A stretch of 63,307 bases of DNA, counting the filler, from Catajapyx aquilonaris (lineage: Eukaryota): the NCBI GenBank assembly GCA_000934665.2. It is 4 parts of 4 records of this genome, joined end to end, with 100 filler letters (N's around TTAATTAATTAA, not from the genome) between each part and the next. Parts side by side here need not be neighbours in the genome. Positions count along the whole stretch, not along the records: positions 1 to 15,733 come from JYFJ02007407.1; positions 15,834 to 31,641 come from JYFJ02007408.1; 2 more parts are not named here. One strand, written 5' to 3'. Of the stretch, positions 10,351 to 21,300 are shown one piece after another. Under the pieces are notes generated by a model. The model was not told the DNA's origin and did not search any database. It worked only from the letters and a program-made list of their open reading frames with translations. Every line of letters starts with the position of its first letter. The stretch's first letter is position 1. The position numbers were made by a program, and so were the translations under genes.

Positions 10351-10554
10351 GCCTTCTCCATCCTCTGCCACATGTGCAATCGCGTGTATGTAGTACGTCG
10401 GTACACACCAAGCAACGATACTGCTGGGTGATCACCAGCACTGTGATCCCCACCACACAGACCCCCGAACATAGCACCAGCAGCGTCTCCAGCTCTACTT
10501 CCGGGGCGGTGGTCGCCAGGAGCAGAGCGTATGCCAGCTTGGGTTCCCTTATGG

Positions 10555-10810
10555 CAATATTGGCTCCAATTTTTTTCCATAGATCAAAGAAGGTGTCTGC
10601 AGATTGGCGCTCTTCATGAGTGATGACGCCATCGCCAGTCCTGGATAGTCACTTTGTCTAGTTTTTAAATCTATGATCCCCGGAACTTGCTGATATGCGC
10701 TTCCTCTGCTGCATGTGCCATTCTAGACTCTCATGTTGCTCTTTGGTGACTGTGCCCAATTCGTCCTTTTGTGTTCTGGTGATTTCCACCGATATTGCGT
10801 AAAAAGATTT
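10555..10810 (-). mobile_element. YqaJ / lambda-exonuclease-like fragment (as carried by ISL2EU-type DNA transposons), decayed
   Basis: VTKEQHESLEWHMQQRKRISAS fits the T..Q..S..W...R..RITAS motif. LIYGKKLEP follows after frameshifts and fits the YG...EP motif. Confidence 0.55.
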
Positions 10811-11319
10811 CTCAGCAGGCAATAAATCTGAAGTGTGGTCCACCCTGCGTAGCTTAATCCTGACATTGCCATCTGCTTGCATTGGAATACTGCGCTGGCA
10901 GAAGCACTTGACAAACGGTGACGATATGTCTAATTTATTCGGATATGCAATTACGTCGTCGGATCGCTTGTATTTCGAAGAACATTCTCTCTCTGGCGGT
11001 TTTCATTTCCTGCATGAGCACACTGGCAAGAGGACAGTTGATCTTGAGGATAGCAGTCTGAACTTCAGAGGACGTCAGGAGAGAACTCAGGTTGGGTGGA
11101 GTGTTCCAGCTTGTATTAATGTCAAGATGAAGAGTAATTCCTCGATGGTCTTTCCTTTGGCGTACAAGCCGTCCTTCATAGTTTTGGCGGATGGTTTATG
11201 CCACTCATGGGGAAGACTGGTTTTTTTATGCCGAATCATGCTCTTCATTCACAAACAGGACTACTGCCGTAATGTGTTTGCATTTCGCAGATCGGCCTAC
11301 TTTGCAAGAACGTACAGCA

Positions 11320-11717
11320 TGTCCCAGGTGACGACTAGCACTGACCTATGAGAGAACTATAGTAAGATCCTTTACTTTACAGGACTAGAAGATCATAATT
11401 TGAAGAGTACCGCACAATGTATGCAATCCAGGCCATGCCCAGACTTGCCTTTTATTGGTTACAATAATGCTGATCTGAATATTAATGGTGCATTACATAA
11501 TATTCCCCAAACTGTTTTATTACCCTTCTGCAGCATCGTTGCCAAAATGGCCTTATCCCTTCTTTCGGCCGGATTAGAAGGCGCCAGGCTAAATCGGCTT
11601 GTTTACTTACTACTCTGCCAAATGGCTTAAAACTGGGAAGCTTTTCCCCTAATAATGTACCATTAGTGTCACTATATTTCGGTGACAGGTTTTAAGGGTG
11701 ACTAACGCTTCCCCTTG
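11320..11717 (-). mobile_element. PPT plus 3' LTR of a third related element (C); lower boundary tentative
   Basis: Minus strand AAGGGGAAGCG-tt-AGTCACC mirrors the element A PPT/LTR junction, including the adjacent hairpin. AATAAA on the minus strand ~11452-11457. Candidate end GGGACA at 11320. Confidence 0.55.
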
Positions 11718-12243
11718 AATTAAAGCTGGGTGCAACCCGGCTTTAACTTCCACGTGTTAACTACTTTATGACGGTGCCCAATGACGCACACCGATGTCTA
11801 TTGACGTACATTGGGACACTACCGATCTCGACTCGATTGGATACGGTTAGTTTTAATGTGCTGAAATGCGTCATATGTTGCTCTACATCAGATGACGCAT
11901 TTCCTATTTAATGATGATACGGTAGAATTGAAAGGCACCTTTGCCACGCACAAGAAAATAGTTTAACATGTTACATCAAAGGTTTCGCAAGACTAACTCA
12001 ATGTTACTAAAGATTTTTGGCTTACTCAGCAAGGATGACATCCTCCCCTCCGTTTCAGGACTTTTGAGCTCGGCTCAAAAGGATAAACACTTGAGTAACA
12101 CCCTCACACACTGGGAAAACACGACATCTTCACCGTTGAGGTCGCAGGAAATGTCCCATACACTGACATATGCGAATCGTAATACAAAAAAAAAGAAGAA
12201 AAGAAAAATGTAACACACACTGGGAAAACACTGCCTCCCCAAT

Positions 12244-12982
12244 TTACTCCCACTCTTCATCATCTCCGGGCGGCGCCGGTTCTCTGGCGTGGTACCGATT
12301 TCGTCGATTCATCAGGGCCCTAATCCTGTCTGGAAGCTGTACTGATGAAGCTTCTTGCTGCTGGGCGGTGGCGCCTTGCTCGCTCGGTATGACTCCCTGC
12401 TGCCTACGAGCGTTGGATCCGGAGGACCCCGGATCCTGCCCGTCCAGCTCCATGGCACTCTGGTCCACTCTTCTTCCTCCTCTTGCCACCGGGACCGTGC
12501 GTCCCACGGGACGGGTGGTGTGTGTCTTGCCTCGGGTCCCGCTGGCCAAAGAAACGAGCGTAGTGATCCCGGAGTCCACCTTGTGGGCTGCGAGGGTCTG
12601 TCCCGACGTCCGCCTGGCGTACGGGAGATGTATCCCCTGACACACTTTGTAGCTCCAAAGAGGTCCAGAAGTCCCCTCCTAGCGAAAGGGGGCCCGCCTC
12701 CCCTGTTGGAGCGGTTTCTGTCGGAGCCCATGGCCGTACCATCATTGTGGTGTGCACTGGATAGAACCTCCAGTCGGCGATGCGGTGGTTGTTGACCCTG
12801 ACGATCTGCATCCCCAGTCCGGATGAGTCGCCTGTGACCATTATCGCCCCGTGGGTGGCTATATAATAGGCGTAGGGGTTCTCCAGGACAAGGCACTTCC
12901 ACTGGAGGTGGAAGAGTATATGAGATGACTGGGTAGCCGGGTTGGGAGAAGTCCTGGGGGGTAGCGGAGTAAAGGAAGCCAT
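12244..12982 (-). CDS. GC-rich accessory ORF(s) upstream of the element C PPT (192-aa and 133-aa overlapping frames)
   Basis: ATG at 12982 in good context. The open frames end ...PPGDDEEWE*. Same position relative to the PPT as ORF 2426..2884. No known domain. Confidence 0.4.
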
Positions 12983-13486
12983 GGTTGTAGGTTTACGAGG
13001 AGTGAAGGACTAACTGGCCACGGCTCGATGTCCCAACACAGCATCCTTAATGCGCTGGCCCTTCACCTTGGAAACCACCATCCTTTGAAGAATTCGTATC
13101 AGTAGCCCTGGGAAGATGTGTGGAACTGTTCCTACACCACCTCTCGTCTGCATCGTCGGCATTTGGTGGATTACACCGGACATACCGTCTTACTTTCTTG
13201 GACATGTGACCTCCAACGAAAGGGGTCTGAGAGGCAAATAGACAACTTGCACTTTACTGCCATATAGGCTATTCTCAATACTATTTGTGTGTGTGCATTT
13301 TTCGCCTAGGTGACACCCAAAAATAATAAACTGTGATTACATAACCCTCAAAATGAAAATGAAAATTTTTAGCACCAAAAACATGAGCACTGTGGGGTAC
13401 AGCAATGAGTATCCATATGTATCTATTATGGTTATAACATATGTTGTATTAACTACTCGTCTTTATTATTAAGGTCGGATAACTAT

Positions 13487-13800
13487 TTATTCCGCAAATT
13501 CTCGAGCTAGCTCTGGAATTTTAGGCAGGGCAGTCTCCACTCGTTCTGGAGATGCACTCCCTGACGGTACGACATGGGTGTTGGTTAGTTCGGTTAGGTC
13601 AGGAGTTTGGTTTCCTAAAAGACTCCGTCTCGCGGAAGATTTCCGAATACTACGATGTGTTCGTAACTTATGAAGGAACCACAAACTTATTCCTACCAAA
13701 ACCACAACATTTGGTGATAGTAACCAAGGAAGTGTCAGACCACCGCAGGTAGTGGCTGAACTAAAGTTAAATGAGATTAGTACTGGATGGGAATAAGATC
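13487..13800 (-). pseudogene. Probable Env transmembrane anchor and cytoplasmic tail fragment
   Basis: LTLPWLLSPNVVVLVGISLWFL is hydrophobic and is followed by basic HKLRTHRSIRK and a polar tail. It lies upstream of the accessory ORF and PPT. Confidence 0.4.
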
Positions 13801-13809
13801 AGTCGGGGA

Positions 13810-14537
13810 AAGATTTCATTTACTTCTTTATTTGGTACTCCGTAATATGGTTTACTGAACTCACACTTTGCTCTTTTATTTCTCAATCCATACTGTTACT
13901 TCTGCTCCCCAACAGCGGGATCATATAGAGGCGAAGACATTCTATAATATCAGGCGTTACACTGTCATTGTCACTTCTACTAAATGTAACATCCTACAAA
14001 CACTAATAGCTAACACCTTAAAACTCACATTGTCTCTTCTTTAGTTATTGGTACATGCTTACTCCTACTTCTGTATAAAGAAAAATCTTTGCAGATGGAA
14101 ATTTGATATGAGATACATGGCTTACCTGGTATCAAGATGATTCAATATGATCCCACAACGGTTCACTACGTACTGCTTCTAATTCTTGTTATCCCCTAGG
14201 GTTTTTATACTTTTTTATACTTTCCACCCGCATTCCATGGTAATCCAACATGCTCGCAATGCCTCCCTTAGTGGGCTCTGGCATAATTACGTTTCCCGTC
14301 TCTTTGAGGTAATAAAAAAGACAGCTAATGTGTTCTATCGCGTGGATTCAATATTCTGGAGTCATTTGTTGGATTAATCAATGTGGTCCATCATATGACT
14401 CATACTTTCTTTTGCGTATCATTAATAACCTCTGCATAAATCCAGCATTAATAATAATATTCGTAAGCAATGTCTTTTAAGGCTGTTTATGTTAACGTGT
14501 CATAATAGCATGCATGACACATTCCGCCCCCTTTTAA
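13810..14537 (-). mobile_element. PPT and start of another 3' LTR (element D); lower boundary uncertain
   Basis: Minus strand AAAAGGGGGCGGAA is immediately followed by TGTGTCATG at 14521. AT-rich non-coding sequence lies downstream. Confidence 0.45.
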
Positions 14538-15229
14538 CTCAAATTTCCATTTGCAGTAAATATCTACACTGAACACCATATAATGCATAAACGCTTCCAT
14601 TATGAGTCACACATTATCAGTAATAATCATCAAATCACTATACAATAAAAACAGCACTAAAATCAGCATCTTCTGGTGAACTCTTCAACAGCGGCTCTCT
14701 TCACTGCTGCTTCCGGTTTAGTCAATTCCGGTTAGATTGCTCTGGCGAAGACTGTTTTGCCTCCGGTTTCGAAGCGTCCTCTGGATCACTCAAGACCGCT
14801 GCTGCTACCACTCATATCCGAAATGCTAATTACACTCAATTATTAACATCAATAATTCCATACATTACACTGAATAGGTAATCATCCCATCCTTTCTATT
14901 ATAAGGAAGTACAGTGTCCTGAGATGGGGTGAAGAATATAGAAAAGAAAAACATTCTGCCTTTTCCTTCATCCAGACTGCTGGCTAAGGAAGCAGTACAA
15001 AAAATTGGGCATGGATTCACTTTCAAGGGTTTACTAAGTGGGCACTTCACAAGGTGTTTACATATATAAGAGTGTTTACTTGTATATGGATAGGGTAGGC
15101 GAAGGCCTGTAGTGCGGTGTGTGTTTTTCTTAATAGATAACCAGTATCACTTACATACATTTATACAACAATAGTGACATACTCATCTTGCTTCATGTCA
15201 GCGACATCCCATAAATCAAACTGTTCTTA

Positions 15230-15555
15230 TGGCCTGTATCCTCAAATACTATTTTCATGTCACCCTTATGATTCTCCAGCAAATGAATTATCCATCAAAT
15301 TGTACTACACATGGCGAATTTACAGATGCAACAATAATAGCTATTCACATTCAAATGTGTAGCCAAGTGTGCACGCAAAGATATTAACGGGTTTACGTGA
15401 TACCCGCAATCTATCATGGGGCATCTATCGGCTGTGTCAAAGCAAGTCCTTGGCTTTTGCCGTGGAATTACTTCTACACCTACCGGAGATGATTTTAACA
15501 CATCAATCATTGCAACTGTGTGGGGGGAATGAATGTAATTGGAGGATACCCACAT
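15230..15555 (-). pseudogene. C2H2 zinc-finger coding fragment with an in-frame stop
   Basis: CPMIDCGYHVNPLISLRAHLATH followed by YYCCICKFAMCSTI*WIIHLLENH. Splice-like sites downstream (~15150 donor, ~15108 acceptor). Confidence 0.55.
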
Positions 15556-15733
15556 TGGCTCCTTTCCTGGTACTGATACCTTGTAACGGTACGTAAGGTG
15601 GAGGGGGAATCAAGTACCACTGAGTCTGTACTAACAGTACTGTATTCTCTCAATCAAAGATACAACGGAACCGAGCCAAAGTAAGGAGGGAGGCAGAGAG
15701 GTCTGCGAGGAGAGGAGGAAGTCAGGCCCAAGG

Positions 15734-15833
15734 NNNNNNNNNNNNNNNNNNNNNNNNNNNNNNNNNNNNNNNNNNNNTTAATTAATTAANNNNNNNNNNN
15801 NNNNNNNNNNNNNNNNNNNNNNNNNNNNNNNNN
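15734..15833. other. Artificial 100-nt contig linker
   Basis: N-run containing TTAATTAATTAA (stops in all six frames). Confidence 0.97.
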
Positions 15834-15945
15834 GATCGCAGTGCCACCTGGCGGATTTTCAACTTTTTTGGGGGGCGAGCTTTCCATTGGAGGCATAGGC
15901 CGGTTGGCATACTAGGTCTTGTAGGTACTAGGTCCTAGGTACTAG

Positions 15946-16237
15946 GTCCATGGTGGCCTCGTGTGAAAATAGCCTTAGGTGCTATTTTCACACGAGGCCA
16001 CCATGGACGCGCCGCCATGTCTTTGCATGGCGGTTGGCGGCACGGCGCTGCCAGAAATGCTGGTGGCGGGCAGGGCGACTTTCGGCGCTGCCAGCCTCTG
16101 CCAGCTGGCCGCGCCGCCACGTGTTTGCATTGAATCATATGAAGCCTTTCACAGGAGATGCGACTTTTCTTGCTACCAGCTGCAGTGCCGCCTAATTTAT
16201 GCGGCAGCGGTGCCATGGTGGCCTCGTGTGAAAATAG
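15946..16237. mobile_element. Harbinger/Tourist-like MITE (15982-16237) abutting the end of a second copy
   Basis: TIR CTATTTTCACACGAGGCCACCATGG ... CCATGGTGGCCTCGTGTGAAAATAG. A further TIR copy at 15946-15973 is separated by cTTAggt, giving a 28-bp-arm palindrome. Confidence 0.7.
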
Positions 16238-17144
16238 GTGGGGTGCCGCATAGCTTTAGTTGCGGCGCTTTGGACCGTTCCTTCAGTTACTTTAACCACA
16301 AGGCAACACACTGCGAATCTGGTGGCGGAACACTGCGAACCACGATTCCCAAACCGCCAATTCAAATCTATAGTAGGCATGATCCGTTCGTTCCTTATTT
16401 GCGCACTGAGGCCTGTTCGTATCCACGTTCTCATGATCCGTTCTGAATAATAGTATTTTCGCTTCAGTGTAGGGGTGTCGCTTCATACACTTAGTCGATC
16501 AGTGGTCGGGTGGGACTCGGGAGACCCACGCGATAAGAGGGCAAGTTTCCAGACCTGTATGTATAATATACAAAAACACTCCTCGACCGTGAGTCTCAAG
16601 TTGTAACCCCTCCGAATTCGAAGACCAAATCGATATCCAAGATAGCGGACTCTAGTAGGTGTTTTTTTTTTTTTCTTCTTATATTTTCTTAGTTATTTTT
16701 GGGGGGAGATGAAATTGCTGCAAATAGGTAAAAGGTAGCCTATAGTTATGTACTTGTCCAATGAACTGTTCGAGCAGAAAATATTTGCAAATGTGTACAT
16801 GGAAATGGCATTCCGAATTGCATAAAATTGCTCGTGGTTGGAACGAGCACGAACTATCTATAGATATGGGATTATTTCGCACAAAAATGATGAGTCAAAG
16901 GTATACTGCGTAGAAAACGTTCCAATATGAACAACTCGACAAGATTGGGAGTGAATATGATTAATGAGCATTTCACCTGCGGCCAGGCAGATTGCTGGTT
17001 GATGATTCTGTTATTGATACTAATAAAATTTGCAAGGAGATGAAATGAGGGGTGTGGTGGATAAAGGTAATAACCCTCATTTTTGTCATTTTTGACCTAA
17101 CTACCTAGCAACTATGTAAATGACATGATAAACAGTTTGGTATA

Positions 17145-18393
17145 AGGTAAAGTGGGGGAAGTGCACAATCGGGGGAAGTGCATCTCTGGTTGCCAGCTGG
17201 GGATGTGTGAAAGGTATTGCTGCGTCATGTGTCGTCCTACTAGTGAATACTATGGTCTTGTAATCTGGCACAAGAGGGCAGGTTTACCTGCCCTTTTTGT
17301 CCAGAAGCACATGCTGTTTCGCGAGTTCTGCACTGCCTACTCCTGATGTGAGATACCTGCCAGCAACATCTGAGCGAGTTTTTCCGGTAAGTTTCCATCA
17401 CCCAGTGTCCCTACTACACAGTTGTGGTGGCGTTCAACAGTATTNGTACGGCTGGGGCAAGTGCACCTCTGCTGCTTGGGGTAAGTGCACTCATGATGTA
17501 CCACATAATAATTGAGTTCATTTTCTGTGTGAATGTTACATTTTACACTTACGCTACATTTACTTTACATGTTACACTTACTGGCACTAGATTACTCTGA
17601 GCCTTCTGTGTTCCAAAGCAGCAAATGTCAAAAATGGGGAGGACTTACTTACTTACTTACTTACTTACGCAGTTATACGCAATGAAGTTCGTATCTCCTG
17701 AACAAATTGAGATATCATCATTCTGGAAATGGCATGTTTTAGCTCTGATTTTGATTATGACGCACTGCCCCCATCGCAGCAGAAATATAATTGCATGCAG
17801 GAATTGGATGGGGGGGGGGGGTGCACTTACCCCGGGTGCCGGGGGAAGTGCACACCTCATGCATTGTTCCGCATGATTGTTGCTGCCTTGGAAGCACTTC
17901 GTTATGAACCATTCTCCTTCTAACAGTGTCTTGGTAATGGACAGGAGTAACTGCAGGCAAAATTTCATTCAGATACAAGGAACAGGTGGGATGCGATAGA
18001 TGATTTTTTTTTTTTGCATTACCCCATTGGGAGTTACATTTCCTTTAGGGGGGTGGAATACCACCATTTGGGTGGAACCGGTATACTAAGATAGTATTTA
18101 GTGTGTTCCAAGGGTAGGTAGGAGGGGATGTGCAAAGTGCGTGTGCAATGTCGTTGATGTGCCGTTTTGTGAACTCCCCCGGGTGGCATATGTGAAAGGA
18201 TCGCCACCCGAAACGAAGCCAGAGACGGTCTCACTCTGCGCGAGATGAAGGGGGGAACCCCGGGTTGGGATCGAACCCGGGACCTTAACATCCGCGGGCG
18301 CATACGTTACCGCAGCGCCACTTCGCCTCCCCTGCGATAGATGATTTAAAGTGATCTATTACAAAACAGGGGTGCACTTCCCCCACTTTACCT
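17145..18393. mobile_element. Non-autonomous TA-targeting DNA transposon (Tc1/mariner/pogo-like)
   Basis: TA-AGGTAAAGTGGGGGAAGTGCAC ... GTGCACTTCCCCCACTTTACCT-TA perfect TIRs, with internal GGGGRAAGTGCAC sub-repeats. Confidence 0.85.
18007..18332 (-). mobile_element. tRNA-derived SINE, family 1, nested in the DNA transposon
   Basis: A box TGGCGCTGCGG, B box GGTTCGATCC, A-tail. 15-bp TSD TGCGATAGATGATTT at 17992 and 18333. Confidence 0.9.
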
Positions 18394-21300
18394 TACTCCA
18401 AGTTTACGCATCATGCACGAGAAGGCGACACAGACTAGATAAAATTCATGACTGATGTTGTTATTAGCAACCGTCATGTTATTGTATCTGTCTAAAGTGA
18501 TCAGGCGTACTTCCTGAAGTTGATATAGGGCACTGTATACCAACTACCAAGTGCATATATACGCACCATTTCTCGAAATTTAATTTTAACTTTTCGTTAG
18601 TCTTTTCTAACGGATAAATTTTATAATGAAATTATCTGTTTTGGAGTTAATGAGACAACATTATACGGCATAAGCAGGGATTAGTACCCATTTATCCATT
18701 TGCCCATTTGCGTTGACCTTCTGAAGGAGGATTTTATATAAAAAGGGAGTAAATAAAGAGGTATGACTTACGTTGGGAATCCATAATACGTGCCCTATCT
18801 TATACCATCATTAATTTTCTGGTCGGCGTATTTCCCGAATGTCGTGCTATATTTATTTCTTCAGGTCATTCATATTTGTTTACAAGTGGAACTAATGATA
18901 CCACTCTGGTGTACAGACAACACTGTAGGTAGAGTGTAGACCTACTTGAGAGAAATAAAATAAGCGTCATAACATCAATCCAAAATGGACTAAAAATTGA
19001 CTATCCCAGCTAACCCATCTGAGCAAGACCTGCTTGATATGCGAAGCGGACTTGTAGACAATGTAAAAATTCCGTAATATCTGGAGTAACATGAAGCAGC
19101 AGATGCCTGAACTAGGTTGCGTGGTTTAAGCTAAAATTTGTGGATCCATTGACCCAGGTTTCCTTTTCCGTTCATCCAGAGACAAGGTATGTTCAGTATA
19201 TCCGACTATGTATATACAGTATATGGTGTAGAATTGTTATGCTCTAGTTTAGTGGAAATTATTAAATGATGCATTTCTTGCTTGTACAGTATTAGGAACT
19301 CATCATTACATTCGAAGAATGGGCATTAATTTAGGAAACAGGTTGATGCCAATTAGCAGTTTTATGGTATTACTGTGATTGTCTGGTGTAATAGCTTTGC
19401 TTCTATTTTCGATCCAATGAGAGTGTAGTACGGTACCTCTGTAAGTGGAAGGAAAATATACTATGTTGTCACGTATAGTGTTAGGTCTGAAAAGGGCAAA
19501 CTAATAAGGGAATGCCTTTTGCATGAAGAAGGCATAAGCAGGGGGTCGTCTGCCTCGGAGACTGCAATCGTTTTAGACGTAGGACGTCTCGACAGACAGA
19601 AACTGGAAGCCATGCCCTCAATATTTGCATAGCAACAGGGAAGTTTCTAGCAAGAGGAAAGTGCCTCCATTGTTTTTTGTTTTGTTTTTTTTTGGAACAA
19701 ATTGCCGTTTTTTCGAGAGTGGGTACGAGAATCCCAAGTACTAAGCGGGGGGCTCCGCGGAAAAAGTGCATGTGGCTCTTCAGGTAGCTCAACGTGAAGT
19801 ATGGACACCGCGCACATGCGCTTCACTAGTCTCGAAAAATACTTTGGAAAAGAGGAGATATCCCATGGCAACGACAGCATAGATGCGTAGACTGATTTCA
19901 CGGATTCTAGGCTTTTATTTTCTCGCGCTTGTACATAACGCAGGAGGGCTGGACATATTATGGCTTTGAGGGATTGGTCAGGTCTCATGTGATGAGGTGG
20001 GAGGGGTTATGTGGACTACTATAAGAAAAGGTATGGGTGATCAAGATGTACCTTGACATTGGTTTTGCAGGTGCCAGTCGCAAGTAAGTGACCGCTGAAA
20101 GTGTGAGGCAAATAATTCTGCTTTCATTGCCAGTGTCCTGAAACCATATAAGTATACTTCTTTCTCCTCCAGGAAGTTGAGCTGGTGACGGAAGTTCAGA
20201 TTCAATTAAGTACATATTCCTCATGTAGAATTATTTTTACCCTCACACTTTCAGCCGAGTGAAAAGTTCGGAGAGTTTGGCTGTGTTAGGGTGAAAGTTC
20301 GGTCAGTTGTTGTATATTCACAGTTTTGCATCCGAGTCACGTTTCTGACGAGTAAGCATTCGTGAGGTTGACCAGAGGCTTTCTGGGCTCTGGATTTTAT
20401 TCCAGATAAATGTTTATCGTGCAGTAAGTTGATAGTGCAGGAGTCAGTCAAAATTATTACTTGTATTAAGCATTGGCAATAGCGAAGGCTTACTCCAAAT
20501 CCGCGACTTAGTTGTGCAGGCATCACGCTCCTTTCCATATTCAGTCAGATTGTGTGAAGGCTTCGGTGTAGTATGTAAGAGTGAGGATAAAGGGGAATGG
20601 CATGGGCTGTGATATCTCCTCTGTCGTAAATTACTAATATAAAATGGAATTGATAATTAAAATAAAGACGCTCAAGCTCAGATCGAATGCGATTTGAACG
20701 TGATGCCTGCAAGTTAGGACCCGGCCACACGAGGCGTGTAAAACGCGACGGAATCCGAAGCACGTGGTAGTAAGCGTAATTCAGCCACGTGGTGTTACGT
20801 TCACGTAGTGGGAGCTGTGTACTTAACGGAATTGTAATGTACATATTTTAGGTTGAAGGGAAACACACGTGGATTTTTCCGTCACGTTTTCATACCTATT
20901 TTGTGGCCGGGACGTAGCATGTATTATGTGAAATGCGTATAGACTAGGACATTTATTTTATTGAATTTTGATAGACCGTGACTCGCATAGAAGAAGCACA
21001 TTCTATAGTATTGACGAAGTACTAATACTGCATGCTTATAGCTATCATTATATTGAGAGTCAGCTGTAGGCGTATAGTTGAAGACCCGGACCAGCAGCAA
21101 TGTTTGCTTACATCAGGAATATGAAGCTGTTCCAGGTGAGGGCATCGTGCAGGTGTATTGTTACTGTGCGTGAACAGCTCGGTTGGTGTTGGGAGTCGTT
21201 ACATTGTGGCTGTATGTCAGTGAAATGTGCTTTACTTGTCCTCAGTCATAACGGGAGTTTTCATTGCAGTCAAGTACTGCCATGGTGACTGTAGCATGAT

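Noticed and set aside
15734..15833. TTAATTAATTAA inside N-runs as a biological repeat or piggyBac target
   Set aside because: Identical in all three gaps. It is a synthetic six-frame-stop linker.
18260..18332. tRNA genes at the SINE heads (also 23929, 24646, 28627)
   Set aside because: A/B boxes are present, but there is no complete cloverleaf or terminator. They are followed by shared SINE bodies, with tails and TSDs in some copies.
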